Source: an uncultured Puniceicoccaceae bacterium
GTDB taxonomy: Bacteria; Verrucomicrobiota; Verrucomicrobiia; Opitutales; Oceanipulchritudinaceae
Length of the DNA: 64,000 bases
Direction: 5' to 3'
Assembly: GCA_963933835.1 (NCBI GenBank)
Contig: CAWVVV010000002.1
Span: 320,001 to 384,000 of the forward strand
Each line of letters starts with the position of its first letter. Position 1 is the first letter of the stretch. Shown here in pieces: positions 39,838-51,260 of the stretch. The notes below the pieces were generated by a model. That model had not been told where the DNA came from and ran no database searches. It saw only the letters and a list, made by a program, of their open reading frames with translations. The position numbers and the translations under genes were made by a program.

Positions 39838-41205
39838 ATGAAACAAAGAACAATCTTAAGCGAGGTATCTACCCATGGTAAATCGCTCCATACCGGCAAA
39901 GAAGTCCACCTCACTCTAAAGCCCGCTGAAATAGGCGCTGGCATCGTTTTTCGCCGTGTTGATCTCTTTGGAAAACCCGAGGTAAAGCCTGCCATCGAAC
40001 TCGTTAATAATGAGCTCGTTCGCAGCACTGACATCACTTCTGGCCACACGCAGCTGAAGACGATCGAGCACGTTCTCAGCGCTCTCTCCGGCTGTGGGGT
40101 CGACAACTGTATCGTCGAAATGGATTCGGCGGAGCCACCCATTGTGGACGGTTCTTCTCGCCAGTTTGTCGAGATGATCGAAAAGGCCGAGCCCGTCGAA
40201 CAGGATGCCGACCGCGAATACTTCGAATTGAAGGAGCCGATCTCGATCATGGACGGCAACCGCTCGATCATCGCGCTGCCCTACGATGGTCTGAGGATTA
40301 CTTGCACGAGTGCGGATGATCGCGGCACACATACGCAGCACCTTTCGCTCGATGTGGATCCAGTTGTCTACAAGTCAGACATCGCCCACGCTCGTACCTT
40401 TACTGTCTACGAGGACATCGAACCTCTGCTCAAGATGGGTAAGATTCAGGGCGGTAGCCTAGATTCTGCGATCGTGATCAAAGGCGATCAGATCCTCTCG
40501 AAAGAGCCGCTGCGCTATAAGGACGAATTTGTCCGCCACAAGATTCTCGATGTCATTGGCGACATTACACTACTCGGCAAACCGCTGAAGGCCCACATTG
40601 TAGCGGTTCGCACGGGCCACAAGCTCAACGCCGAACTGACCAAGGCAATGTATCAGCAGATGCTCGCTGCCGAGGGCAGTAAAAAAGCTAAGAAGGCAAA
40701 AGCGACGACCAAGGCGTCGACCGCAAAGGAGCGCAAAACACTGCGACCCGACGAGACGACGATCGATATTCGCCGGATCCTCGACATCCTGCCGCACGCT
40801 TATCCCTTTGTTCTGATCGATCGAATCACAGAGTTTGTTAAAGACGACGAGCTCACCGCGATTAAGAATGTAACGATCAATGAACCGTTTTTCCAAGGGC
40901 ACTTCCCCGGGAACCCAGTGATGCCGGGCGTGCTTCAGCTCGAGTCGATGGCTCAGGCGTCGGGCTTTCTTATGCTTCGCCGTATATCAAGTGAGGGCAA
41001 AGTCGCCTTTTTTATGAGTGCGGACAACGTGAAATTCCGCCGTGCGGTTGTGCCTGGTGATCAATTGGAGATTCACGCGAAGATCACAAAGAACCGCGCA
41101 AATAAATTCATCGGCGCGAGCGTTAAATGCACCGTTGATGGTAAAATTGTTTCCTCTGGCGAACTCAGCTTCGTCATCCTCGACGTGCCGGAAGAAGGGA
41201 TGTAG
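39838..41205 (+). CDS. lpxC-fabZ: Bifunctional LpxC / FabZ
   Basis: [24 protein letters not shown] (LpxC); [24 protein letters not shown] (FabZ). Confidence 0.96.
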   Translation: MKQRTILSEVSTHGKSLHTGKEVHLTLKPAEIGAGIVFRRVDLFGKPEVKPAIELVNNELVRSTDITSGHTQLKTIEHVLSALSGCGVDNCIVEMDSAEPPIVDGSSRQFVEMIEKAEPVEQDADREYFELKEPISIMDGNRSIIALPYDGLRITCTSADDRGTHTQHLSLDVDPVVYKSDIAHARTFTVYEDIEPLLKMGKIQGGSLDSAIVIKGDQILSKEPLRYKDEFVRHKILDVIGDITLLGKPLKAHIVAVRTGHKLNAELTKAMYQQMLAAEGSKKAKKAKATTKASTAKERKTLRPDETTIDIRRILDILPHAYPFVLIDRITEFVKDDELTAIKNVTINEPFFQGHFPGNPVMPGVLQLESMAQASGFLMLRRISSEGKVAFFMSADNVKFRRAVVPGDQLEIHAKITKNRANKFIGASVKCTVDGKIVSSGELSFVILDVPEEGM

Positions 41206-41211
41206 TTAAAA

Positions 41212-41991
41212 ATGGCTACACCTAACATACACCCCACCGCGATTGTCGAAGAAGGTGCCCAGTTGGGCGCCGACGTCGTCATCGGCCCACTTTCCTACGT
41301 CGGCCCGCTCGTTCGTCTCGGCAATGGTACGCGCCTCCATCACCATGCGACCGTCGAGGGCAATACCACGCTGGGTTCCGGCAATGAAATCTTTCCCTAC
41401 GCACTCGTTGGTGGACGAACGCAGGATAAGAAATGGGCAGGCGATGAAGCTCCGGTTAATATCGGCGACAACAACATCTTTCGCGAACACGCAACCGTTC
41501 ACACCGCTACTTTTGATGGCGGGGAAACGCGAGTGGGTTCAGGGAACCTCTTCTGCGCCTACAGCCACATCGGGCATGAAAGCAGTGTCGGCGACGACTG
41601 CGTCTTCAGTAACAACGCTACCCTTGGTGGCCACTGTGTGATCGGCGATCGCGTCGTTATCGGCGGGCTCTCCGCCGTGCACCAATTTGTCAACGTAGGT
41701 TCGATGGCGATGATCGCCGGTATGGCCCGCGTTGTTCAGGATGTCATGCCTGGCATGATCGTTGAAGGAACGCCAGCGACCCACCGCGCTTACAATAAGG
41801 TAGGACTGCAAAGGGCAGGATACGATGAGGCTGATCTCATCGCGGTGAAGCGCCTCTACAAGCATTTCTTCCGCTCGAAGCTCAATCGAGGCCAAGCTGC
41901 TGAAGCCCTCAATGCAGGCGACTTAGGCGACCACCGCTTCCACGAGCTGATCAAAGCCTTTCTCGAAAAGAGCACCCGCGGGCTCGCCTGA
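41212..41991 (+). CDS. lpxA: Acyl-ACP--UDP-N-acetylglucosamine O-acyltransferase
   Basis: IHPTAIV, QDKK, FREHATVH, HIGH, AVHQF. Confidence 0.95.
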   Translation: MATPNIHPTAIVEEGAQLGADVVIGPLSYVGPLVRLGNGTRLHHHATVEGNTTLGSGNEIFPYALVGGRTQDKKWAGDEAPVNIGDNNIFREHATVHTATFDGGETRVGSGNLFCAYSHIGHESSVGDDCVFSNNATLGGHCVIGDRVVIGGLSAVHQFVNVGSMAMIAGMARVVQDVMPGMIVEGTPATHRAYNKVGLQRAGYDEADLIAVKRLYKHFFRSKLNRGQAAEALNAGDLGDHRFHELIKAFLEKSTRGLA

Positions 41992-42060
41992 TTTTAGGGC
42001 GAGGAGGTAGGCTTTAGTTTTTCAGTATAAGAATTTGGATACATATCGATAATTCAAATT

Positions 42061-42378
42061 ATGGAAACCGATCACATTGTCATCTTAACCACCTGTCCAA
42101 CAATGGAGGAGGCGGTTAAGATCGAAACAGATTTACTTCAGCGGCGCCTCGCGGCCTGTGTTCAAAAGGACAAAATAGAAAGTTCCTATCTTTGGAAAGG
42201 AAACCTCCAGACTGCGACCGAAGTGCGTTTGATGATAAAAACCAAACAGGCACTTTTCGCCGCGGTAGAAGGAGCGATTCGGAGCGGATCTAGCTACGAC
42301 ACTCCGGAAGTGATCGCCCTGCCGATGGTGGCTGGGAGCAGCGACTATCTTTCATGGATCGATCAGGTGACTGCCTGA
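42061..42378 (+). CDS. cutA: Divalent-cation tolerance protein CutA
   Basis: LAACV, S.YLWKG, IKT, SYDTPEVIALP, YLSWI. Confidence 0.93.
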   Translation: METDHIVILTTCPTMEEAVKIETDLLQRRLAACVQKDKIESSYLWKGNLQTATEVRLMIKTKQALFAAVEGAIRSGSSYDTPEVIALPMVAGSSDYLSWIDQVTA

Positions 42379-42465
42379 GCGTCGGCCTAGGGGACTGCAT
42401 CCTTATCCGAAATATCCTTCTGAAGACTGAGGTATCGAAATTTCGAACAGCCTAGGGTTTGAGAA

Positions 42466-42548
42466 TGGAGGGATCGGCTCCCGCCGGTCCGCTGCGCTCT
42501 AAAATCACATCATCCACGTCGTGGACAGGCAGGAACCTGTCCCTTAAA
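42466..42548. repeat. REPIN-like inverted doublet of the REP unit
   Basis: TGGAGGGATCGGCTCCCGCCGGTCCGCT (42466-42493) and reverse degenerate copy 42521-42548. Confidence 0.8.
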
Positions 42549-42580
42549 TGCGGTTCTTCCGCGTTTTAAAAGACACTTGG

Positions 42581-43525
42581 TTACCCGAGCTTGTCTTTGG
42601 CCTGATCGAGGGTCCGCTTTTCCTCTTTGGTTAAGGAGCCGAAGCCGTAGGTGTTGATTTTGTCGAGGATGCGATCGACTTCGTTGCGCAGCGCCTTGCC
42701 TGCGCTCGATGGTTCATCTTGAGCGCGCGCTCTCTTCTGCTTCAGGTTTAGAGTGACGCGCCCTGTAGTTACTTTCGGTTCATTTGAGCTCGATGAGGGG
42801 GTATTTCCTGAGTCCGCAAGCCCTTGCAAGAAACTTAAAAGAGTGGGCCGTGAGAGGAGAAAGCGGAAGTATAGGTAGGCCGCGCCAATCCCTCCAAGGT
42901 GTGCTGAATAGGCAACGCCGCTCTGTCCATTCAGCTCGGTGAAGCGAAACATGAAAACTTGGATGCCGGTGATGACCAAGAAGCCGGTCTTCCCCGTGAA
43001 AGAAACCGGGATCACGAAATAGAGCAGGATCGTGGTGCGCTCCGACCAGCGTTCGAGGAAGAAGAGGACGAGAAGCCCGTAGCCCGCAGACGATGCGCCG
43101 ACAAGGGCACCAGAACTACCTCCGAGCTGGTTTATCTGAAAGATTTGGACCGGCAGCCAGACCAAGCCGCCCGCTAGGACACAAAAATGAAAGATTTCTA
43201 GGAGACGCTGGGAGCCGAATCGCTGTTGAATGTGCCTCCCTACAAAATAGATGATGAGGGTGTTGACGAGGAGATGCCATGGAATGACCCCATCAGTGCT
43301 ATGAAGATAGCCGTAGCTCAGAAAGGAATAGAAGAGCCCCGTCTTGAGGCCACCCACGGAGAGCCCAAACCAGTTCGAGAGCACCTCTGGGCCGATCCAG
43401 TTTTGAAAGATCTTCTGGATAACAAAGACGACAACCAGCGTAATGAGGATGGTTTTGAGCGCGTCGAAGCGCTTCTCTGGACGAGAGAAATCTTCCCGCA
43501 TGTAGGAACGACTGTAGATACTCAT
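42581..43525 (-). CDS. Rhomboid intramembrane serine protease with C-terminal soluble domain
   Basis: YLH..WHLLVN, VGASS, AHLGG; C-terminal EVDRILDKI...LT.EE. Confidence 0.92.
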   Translation of the reverse strand: MSIYSRSYMREDFSRPEKRFDALKTILITLVVVFVIQKIFQNWIGPEVLSNWFGLSVGGLKTGLFYSFLSYGYLHSTDGVIPWHLLVNTLIIYFVGRHIQQRFGSQRLLEIFHFCVLAGGLVWLPVQIFQINQLGGSSGALVGASSAGYGLLVLFFLERWSERTTILLYFVIPVSFTGKTGFLVITGIQVFMFRFTELNGQSGVAYSAHLGGIGAAYLYFRFLLSRPTLLSFLQGLADSGNTPSSSSNEPKVTTGRVTLNLKQKRARAQDEPSSAGKALRNEVDRILDKINTYGFGSLTKEEKRTLDQAKDKLG

Positions 43526-43654
43526 AAAGCCTTAAGATCGTGCCCAAGGGCGTTCGCTTGGCAAGTGTCTGTCCATCTTCATATGACTAAGATGGAATGT
43601 AAAAGACCCGATCGTCCTTGACTCATTCAGCCGAATGCGGAGCTTTTCCGCTCT

Positions 43655-43891
43655 ATGGCAGACAAAGAAGACAAGTGGGAAGACAACATCATAGGTAAGT
43701 TTTACGTCGACGAGCAGTGCATCGACTGTGACCTGTGCCGCGAAACCGCCCCTGACTTTTTCACCCGGAGTGATGATGGCGGGTTTTCATTTGTCCATAA
43801 GCAGCCAACCTCGGACGAAGAAATCGGCCAATGCATGGAGGCCCTCGAAGGCTGCCCAGTCGAGGCGATCGGGGACGACGGCGACAGCTAA
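43655..43891 (+). CDS. Ferredoxin (single cluster)
   Basis: CIDCDLCRETAP...CPVEAIG. Confidence 0.93.
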   Translation: MADKEDKWEDNIIGKFYVDEQCIDCDLCRETAPDFFTRSDDGGFSFVHKQPTSDEEIGQCMEALEGCPVEAIGDDGDS

Positions 43892-43925
43892 GAGCGCCAC
43901 GAATTACGAAGGACTCGGCGCAGGC

Positions 43926-44246
43926 TCAAGTAAACGCGCCCTTGAACCAGCTTCCGAGCAGTGGCACAGGCTCTTGCTTTTTGTTCACTGCGTTCATCAA
44001 GCCAAAGACCCAGAGAACGAGGGAAAAGACCCACGCGAATAGGTTCACGATGGGTATAAAGGTAAAGCCGATGCTGAGAAGAAGCAGGCCCATCATCTGG
44101 CGCAGGTGATAGGCGCCGAGTAGCGTCTTCTTTTGAGTGTGAAGCACGATCGCCACGATGAATCCAATGATCGTGATATAAGCGACAATCGCGGTGGTGT
44201 TATCGTCCCCAGAGGTGGACGTCGTTGGGTTTTCGGTTTCTTCCAT
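43926..44246 (-). CDS. DUF4870-like small membrane protein
   Basis: AIVAYITIIG, YHLRQ, GLMNA....PVPLLG. Confidence 0.8.
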   Translation of the reverse strand: MEETENPTTSTSGDDNTTAIVAYITIIGFIVAIVLHTQKKTLLGAYHLRQMMGLLLLSIGFTFIPIVNLFAWVFSLVLWVFGLMNAVNKKQEPVPLLGSWFKGAFT

Positions 44247-44310
44247 AGCTTGTGTAGTTAGCGGTGAAAAGAGATGAGGCCGCCTTGGCTAGTGTTTGAT
44301 TTCAAGGAAA

Positions 44311-45783
44311 TTAGTAGCGTTTCCATAAAGCGGGTACAAAGAGGACTAAAATAGCGTAGAGTTCAACCCTTCCTAGCACCATCAAGAGCGAAAGGAATCC
44401 CTTCGTGATGCTTTTGAAGCTAGCATAGGTTTCTGTGGGGCCGATCTCGGCGAACCCCGTCCCGATATTAAAGAGACAGGAGATCGTGGTAGACACGGTC
44501 CCAACGAGACTGAGGTTCGGCTCGAGCAGAGCGACGACAAGGACGCCGCCCACCGTAGTGAATCCCAGGGTGAGGAAGTAGACCATGACGGCTTCCTGCG
44601 AACTTCGGCCGATCGTCTGCCCATTGGCGAGGAGCGGCCGGACGACGTGGGCACGATAAGCCTTTTCGATGTGGAGGCGGGCGATTTTGCCCGCAACGAT
44701 GAGGCGAATCACTTTCGCCCCTCCAGCGGTCGACCCAGAACAGCCTCCGCAAATCATGAGGAGGACGAGGATGATCTGAATCAGAGGGCTCCAAAGATCG
44801 TAATTCTCGGTCGAAAAGCCACTGGTCGTGATCAAACTTACGACCTGAAAGAGCGAGGCGCGAAGACTGCCCTCGATCGTTCCGTAATTATCACCAAGGA
44901 ACAGGACAATAGCGGTGAAAGTACCCGTCACCAAGATGATCGCGTAGAAGAGCTTGATCTCGGTCGATTTGCTGAACGCTGCCCAATCGCCACGAAGCAA
45001 ACGGAGCATGGGGATAAAACTCGTCCCGCCGATCACCATGAAGACAATCATGACCCATTCGATCGCTGGGCTGTTGAAGGCAGCGATACTTCCAGAGCGC
45101 GTACTGAACCCAGCGGTGCTCAAGGTTGTGAAGCCATGATTGATCGCATCGAACAGGCTCATCCCTGCCAAATAGAGCGCTCCGATACAGGCAGCCGTGA
45201 GCCCGAAGTAGAGATACATGAGGCGAAAAATGCCTTTTTGAATCCGCGCTGAGTCGAGCTCAGTGGAGTCGGCACTCGATTCACGCGAGAAAAGAACCTT
45301 CGAGCCGGCACCGAGAAAAGAGAGCACCGCGACGAAGAAGACGACGATCCCGAGGCCGCCTATCCACTGGGAAATCGAACGCCAGAAGAGGAGGCTGGGT
45401 GGCAACCTCTCAAGATCACTCAGGACGGATGCGCCCGTTGTGGTAATACCTGAGGTGGATTCAAAGAGTGCTGAGAAGAAATCAAGTTCCGGAATGATCA
45501 GGTAGTAGGGAAGTGCCCCAATGAGACTTGCGCTCAGCCAGGCAGTCCCGATGACGGCAAGCGCCTCGCGCCGAAAGATGACGTTCTTACTATTGCGACC
45601 CAGGAGGTAGAATCCGATCGCGAACGCTGCGGTGAGGAGCGCACTGAGGAGGAAGCCATTCAGTGTCGGATATTTCCCGTAGGGATCGTCGATCGTTGCG
45701 GCCAGTAGCGCGCTGCCGCCGAAAGCTACCGTCAGCGCCGCAAGGATCACGGCTTGGAGTTTGAAAACGAGGAGATAATTCAT
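44311..45783 (-). CDS. trkH: Trk potassium uptake membrane subunit
   Basis: FESTSGITTTGAS, QWIGGLG, STAGFS, GGCSGSTAGG.K, GRVE. Confidence 0.96.
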   Translation of the reverse strand: MNYLLVFKLQAVILAALTVAFGGSALLAATIDDPYGKYPTLNGFLLSALLTAAFAIGFYLLGRNSKNVIFRREALAVIGTAWLSASLIGALPYYLIIPELDFFSALFESTSGITTTGASVLSDLERLPPSLLFWRSISQWIGGLGIVVFFVAVLSFLGAGSKVLFSRESSADSTELDSARIQKGIFRLMYLYFGLTAACIGALYLAGMSLFDAINHGFTTLSTAGFSTRSGSIAAFNSPAIEWVMIVFMVIGGTSFIPMLRLLRGDWAAFSKSTEIKLFYAIILVTGTFTAIVLFLGDNYGTIEGSLRASLFQVVSLITTSGFSTENYDLWSPLIQIILVLLMICGGCSGSTAGGAKVIRLIVAGKIARLHIEKAYRAHVVRPLLANGQTIGRSSQEAVMVYFLTLGFTTVGGVLVVALLEPNLSLVGTVSTTISCLFNIGTGFAEIGPTETYASFKSITKGFLSLLMVLGRVELYAILVLFVPALWKRY

Positions 45784-45803
45784 CTCGGAAGGCGGTGCCG
45801 AAC

Positions 45804-47156
45804 TCAGTCGCGAAGGAGGCGAAGAAGGTCCTTAATGTTTTCGTCGCGTGTGATCACAACGACACGATCGCCCGCGAGAATCTGATCCTCAGCGCCAGGG
45901 ACCCTCGCCTGATGCTCGTGCAGAAGTGCAACGACGACCGCGTGCTCCGGCCATTCGATTTCACGCAGGCGTTTGTTTGCGGCAGGGCTCTTAGCCTCGA
46001 CCGGAATTTCGAGGACGCGCCCGCTGTGGTGTGGAAATTGGAACAGTTCGATGTAAGGATCCTTCGATACGTAACGCATGACCTCCTTTGCCGTCACGAC
46101 GCGGGGAGAGACGATGGTCTCGATCCCGAGCCCCTGCTTCATGTTGAGCAAGATATCTTCGTAGTCACTCTTCGTGATGATGGCCTGCACGTGTTTCGCG
46201 CCGAGCTTGTTCGCTTGGGCCGAAGTGAGGACATTGCGTTCATCATCGGCGGTCGCGGCGACAAAGTAGTCCGCTTCGCCGATTTGTTCCTCTTCCATGA
46301 GGCGCAGGGAGGTGCCGTCACCATTGATAAAGGTGACGTGAGGAAATTGATTTCCGAGCAACTCGCAGCGCTCCTCGACTTTTTCGATCACCCGGATCTT
46401 GAAGCGGGTGTGGTTGAGCAGCCGAAGGAGGGCGAGCGCGACTTCACCTCCGCCAAGGATGGCGATGTTGCGCATGTGGCCGGTCGAAGCTGGATCGATC
46501 TTCGAGCGCAGATCGTAGAGATCGTTCGAGCGACCAAAGACAGTGAGCGTGTCTCCGGCTACTAGGATCGTGTTGCCCGTCGGCACGTCTTGATCCTCCC
46601 CCCGGGCGATATAACCGATTTTAACCTGCGGCGGGAGCTTGATGTCACGCAGTGCCAAGCCGACATACTTTGATTTGGAGTTCACTTCAAAGCGCTGGGC
46701 TTCGATCTGACCCCGAGCAAAATTCTCGACCGCGACCCGAGCTGGATTACGGATCGATTTCGCCAACTCGACCGCAGAGAGCATCTCTGGGTTGATCAGG
46801 ATATCGATGCCGAAGTGTTCGCGGTAGTTAAAGTGTGAGGTGTCCGCAAAAGTGGAGTCGTGGATGCGTGTGATGACGGTTCCCGCACCCAGCTTCTTTG
46901 CTAGGGAGGAGGCGATGAGGTTCGTCTGGTCATCACGTGTCATTGCCATGAAGAAGTCTGCCTTCTCTACATGGGCTTTGTTCAGAACTGAGACGCTGCT
47001 GCCATTACCGTTCACGACACGGACGTTATAGTGCTCGTCGAGGAGACGGCAGATCTCGGGATTCGTCTCGATGACCGTTACCTCATGCCCGCGCTCACTC
47101 AGTTGCGCGCTCAGATAGCTGCCGACTTCCCCGGCGCCAACTACAACAAGTTTCAT
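45804..47156 (-). CDS. trkA: Trk potassium uptake regulatory subunit
   Basis: Two RCK units: VVGAGEVG and ILGGGEVA. Confidence 0.96.
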   Translation of the reverse strand: MKLVVVGAGEVGSYLSAQLSERGHEVTVIETNPEICRLLDEHYNVRVVNGNGSSVSVLNKAHVEKADFFMAMTRDDQTNLIASSLAKKLGAGTVITRIHDSTFADTSHFNYREHFGIDILINPEMLSAVELAKSIRNPARVAVENFARGQIEAQRFEVNSKSKYVGLALRDIKLPPQVKIGYIARGEDQDVPTGNTILVAGDTLTVFGRSNDLYDLRSKIDPASTGHMRNIAILGGGEVALALLRLLNHTRFKIRVIEKVEERCELLGNQFPHVTFINGDGTSLRLMEEEQIGEADYFVAATADDERNVLTSAQANKLGAKHVQAIITKSDYEDILLNMKQGLGIETIVSPRVVTAKEVMRYVSKDPYIELFQFPHHSGRVLEIPVEAKSPAANKRLREIEWPEHAVVVALLHEHQARVPGAEDQILAGDRVVVITRDENIKDLLRLLRD

Positions 47157-47773
47157 AAGCGATGGCAGGCTAGGGCACTTGGCGCGAAAGGAAAGGGTAA
47201 TAAAAGGGGGCTGTGCGGCGGTTTTCTAGCGGGGAGCCATCTTAGATTCCTAGCGTGGTCCGATTCGCAATGGGGCAATTTCTGAAGGATACATTCCTGC
47301 TGAACTTCGGTTTTTCTCCGGTATTCCAGCTTTAAGAAATAGATATAGATGTCTTGGGTAGACTGAACTTTTAGGCCAAGTTTAATAGAGTGGCTTTCTT
47401 TGAGCGCCGGCTGGGTTTATTTCCTCGATGATGCGGAGGGCCGTTGGTTCCACTCAAGCGCGACGAATGATTGGCGTTTTGTCGCTGATTGAGCGGTTTT
47501 CCGGCGGATCAGGAATTTTCTGCTAAATATATCGTTCCCTCCTTGACAGGTGTGATGCCACCGTCCTTTTTCGAGGGCTTTCTCAATTGAAAATGAGGTG
47601 TGAAGGAAAGCCGCCGGACCTCTCCGCGGAACTCCACTAGTAACACTTCGAGCCATCACTTTAGTTTTACTGACTCCCGCAGCGCGGGCTGTCCCCTTAC
47701 TTTCTTAATTTTAAACCCTCTAATGCAGGTCTCAAAGACGGCGCACCGCGCTTTCCCCTGCCGCTTAGACACT

Positions 47774-48415
47774 ATGAAAACAACCCTCCTAGGCACCAAA
47801 ATTGGGATGACCCAAGTTTACAGCGACGAGAATGAACTCGTTCCTGTGACTGTCATTGAAGCAGGCCCTTGTCCTGTTATCCAAGTCAAGACGACCGAAA
47901 CGGATGGCTACAATGCTATCCAGATTGGCTTCGGCTCAAGTAAAGTGAAGAACACGCCAAAGGCGCTTCTCGGACACTTGAAGAAGGCCGGCCAAACACC
48001 TTTTGCGGAAATCCGCGAAGTTCGCACCGAGGGTGCGCCTGAGCAAGCTGTTGGCGACTCGATCGACATCACTGCTTTTGAAGGTGATGCGAAGGTCGAT
48101 ATCATCGGTGTTTCTAAGGGTCGTGGTTTCCAAGGCGTTATGCGTCGCTGGAATATGCATGGTCAGCCTGCCTCGCACGGTCACATGATGCACCGTCGCC
48201 CTGGTTCGATCGGTATGTGTCAGACACCGGGCCACGTTCAAAAAGGAAAGCACATGCCTGGCCACATGGGTCAGACACGTATCACCGCCCAAAACCTCAA
48301 GGTGGTGAAAATCATTCCTGAGAAGAACATCATCATGGTTAAGGGAAGTATTCCTGGCGCCAATGGCACTGCCGTTATGGTTCGCACCGCGGTTAAACAA
48401 AAGAAGTCGGCTTAA
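47774..48415 (+). CDS. rplC: 50S ribosomal protein L3
   Basis: GTKIGMTQ, DGYNAIQ, SKGRGFQG, HRRPGSIG. Confidence 0.98.
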   Translation: MKTTLLGTKIGMTQVYSDENELVPVTVIEAGPCPVIQVKTTETDGYNAIQIGFGSSKVKNTPKALLGHLKKAGQTPFAEIREVRTEGAPEQAVGDSIDITAFEGDAKVDIIGVSKGRGFQGVMRRWNMHGQPASHGHMMHRRPGSIGMCQTPGHVQKGKHMPGHMGQTRITAQNLKVVKIIPEKNIIMVKGSIPGANGTAVMVRTAVKQKKSA

Positions 48416-48434
48416 CTGCACACGCCCTAAGACG

Positions 48435-49064
48435 ATGAAACTCAAACTTTATACTACCGACGGAGCGTCCTCCACTGAGAAGGATTGCTCGATTCCGGAA
48501 TTTGAAGGCGACAAGGGCATTCAAGCCCTCAAGCAAACAGTCCTTGCTCACCTCGCCAACCGCCGCCAAGGCACTGTCTCGACCAAGACCCGCTCGACGG
48601 TTCATGGAACAGGCAAGAAGCCGTTCAAGCAAAAAGGCACTGGTATGGCGCGTCAGGGCTCGAAGGTCGGCCCTCACCAATACCACGGTGCGGTGGCCCA
48701 CGGGCCTCAGCCCCACGACTGGTCGCAGAAGATCAACAAGAAGATGAAGAAGCTGGCTCTCAGCCGCGCTCTCTTTGACCGCGCTTTAGACGGCGAAATC
48801 GTTCTGATCGCGAACTGGGAAGTCTCTGCATCGAAAGCGAAGATCTTTAACCAACTCCTCGGCTCCGTTGCTCCTGAGGGTAGGGTGCTCATCGTCGATG
48901 ATGCCTGGAATGATCAAAACATTCTTGCAGCTCGTAACATCGCTCGCGTCGACATTTCGGAAGCGAAGGACGTCAACTCCGTCGATCTCTGTGATCACGC
49001 GACTATCATCTTAAGCGAAAAGGGCTTGGATACGCTCCTCAGCCGCACCAACGGAGGTAAATAA
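48435..49064 (+). CDS. rplD: 50S ribosomal protein L4
   Basis: RQGT.STKTR, KPFKQKGTG.AR.G. Confidence 0.98.
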   Translation: MKLKLYTTDGASSTEKDCSIPEFEGDKGIQALKQTVLAHLANRRQGTVSTKTRSTVHGTGKKPFKQKGTGMARQGSKVGPHQYHGAVAHGPQPHDWSQKINKKMKKLALSRALFDRALDGEIVLIANWEVSASKAKIFNQLLGSVAPEGRVLIVDDAWNDQNILAARNIARVDISEAKDVNSVDLCDHATIILSEKGLDTLLSRTNGGK

Positions 49065-49066
49065 TC

Positions 49067-49357
49067 ATGGCTGATCCTGCAAAAATTATCGTTCAACCCC
49101 TCGTGACTGAAAAAGCCACCGAGGCGACTTCGAACCTTAACCAATATTTCTTTAAGGTAGCTAAGAACGCTAACCGCGTCGCGGTGAAGTCTGCTATCGA
49201 GAAGCAATTTGGAGTTTCGGTTATAAGTGTTAACATCCTCAACGTTAAGCCTAAGGCCAAACGCAGCCGTCAACGCCGTGGTGTTGTTGGCTTCAAGTCT
49301 GGTTACAAAAAGGCGATCATCCGCGTAAAAGCCGGTGAAACGATCGACCTCGTCTAA
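49067..49357 (+). CDS. rplW: 50S ribosomal protein L23
   Basis: PLVTEKA, KKAII. Confidence 0.97.
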   Translation: MADPAKIIVQPLVTEKATEATSNLNQYFFKVAKNANRVAVKSAIEKQFGVSVISVNILNVKPKAKRSRQRRGVVGFKSGYKKAIIRVKAGETIDLV

Positions 49358-49370
49358 GGAGAACTGAACC

Positions 49371-50216
<846 letters not shown>

Positions 50217-50237
50217 CCCTTCTAAGAATTTAAAGAT

Positions 50238-50504
50238 ATGGCACGCTCGCAAAAAAAAGGCTTTTTCGTTGATCTCAGCCTTTGGAAAAAGATCAAAGAG
50301 GCACAAGCGACAGACAATCGTCGCCCGCTCAAAACGTGGTCCCGACGCTCGGTCATCACACCTGAGTTTGTTGGCCTCAACCTCGAAATTCACAACGGTA
50401 AGATCTTCATTCCGCTCCACGTTACGGAAAACATGGTTGGACACCGTCTCGGTGAATTCTCGCCGACTCGCACCTTCCGTGGCCACGTTGCCGGGAAGAA
50501 ATAG
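50238..50504 (+). CDS. rpsS: 30S ribosomal protein S19
   Basis: [24 protein letters not shown]. Confidence 0.99.
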   Translation: MARSQKKGFFVDLSLWKKIKEAQATDNRRPLKTWSRRSVITPEFVGLNLEIHNGKIFIPLHVTENMVGHRLGEFSPTRTFRGHVAGKK

Positions 50505-50532
50505 CCATCATTCTTTACTGAACTTTTTTCCT

Positions 50533-50877
50533 ATGAAAGCACTCATCTCTCTTCTCTCTCTGGCTTGCGCCGTCGCCTCTTATGGCGCCGTCGAGCTGCC
50601 AGCATGGGCGAAGGCTGCGAGCGCTTCTCAGACACCTGCGATTGTCTCCGAAATCGTCGCCGGCGAGCACACCGACTTGGTAGTGCTCAATGGTGGATAC
50701 GACATCGGCCTTCGTAACGGAATGGTTCTTCAAGTCGCGCTCAGCTCTGAAGCCTCCGCGCGACTCCTCGTCGCCGAAGCCTCTGCCGAAAGCGCCGTCG
50801 CTCTCATCCTTGAATTGCCCGAAGGGCATTCCCTCAGCTCCGGCGGTAAAGCATACCCGTCCGTCATCCGCCTTTAA
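50533..50877 (+). CDS. Hypothetical exported protein (114 aa) inside the S10 operon
   Basis: Signal peptide MKALISLLSLACAVASYG; VVLNGGYDIGLRNGMVLQV; fills the rpsS-rplV gap with operon-like spacing. Confidence 0.8.
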   Translation: MKALISLLSLACAVASYGAVELPAWAKAASASQTPAIVSEIVAGEHTDLVVLNGGYDIGLRNGMVLQVALSSEASARLLVAEASAESAVALILELPEGHSLSSGGKAYPSVIRL

Positions 50878-50896
50878 TTTTTCGCTCCACTCAATC

Positions 50897-51250
50897 ATGG
50901 AAGTCACTGCCTTAACCAAGCACACGCGCATTTCGCCTAAGAAAGCCCGCGATGTATCCAGCGTCATTGTCGGCCTCGCCGCCAACGACGCCCTTGAGCA
51001 GCTCAAGTTCATCCCGCGTAAAGCCGCCCGCCTTTTGCACAAGACACTCCAGAGTGCGATTGCGAATGCGGAAAATAACCACGACCTCTCTTCTGACGAC
51101 CTCGTCATCAAGTCAGCTATCGTGAACGAAGGCCCGGCCATGAAACGCTTCAAGCCTGTTGCCCGTGGATCTGCTCACCCGATCCGTAAGCGCACGAGCC
51201 ACCTCACTATCGTTCTCACTGAGAAGGCATCCGCTACTTCCAAAGCTTAA
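50897..51250 (+). CDS. rplV: 50S ribosomal protein L22
   Basis: RISPKKAR, SAIANAENN, ARG.A.PIRKRTSH. Confidence 0.98.
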   Translation: MEVTALTKHTRISPKKARDVSSVIVGLAANDALEQLKFIPRKAARLLHKTLQSAIANAENNHDLSSDDLVIKSAIVNEGPAMKRFKPVARGSAHPIRKRTSHLTIVLTEKASATSKA

Positions 51251-51260
51251 TTTCCACACT

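Noticed and set aside
39838..41205. LpxC-FabZ fusion as a novelty
   Set aside because: Well known in Bacteroidota, Chlorobi and Verrucomicrobiota
50269..50532. 202-aa ORF overlapping rpsS
   Set aside because: The upstream part is an alternative frame of rpsS; the credible gene starts at ATG 50533 with a signal peptide
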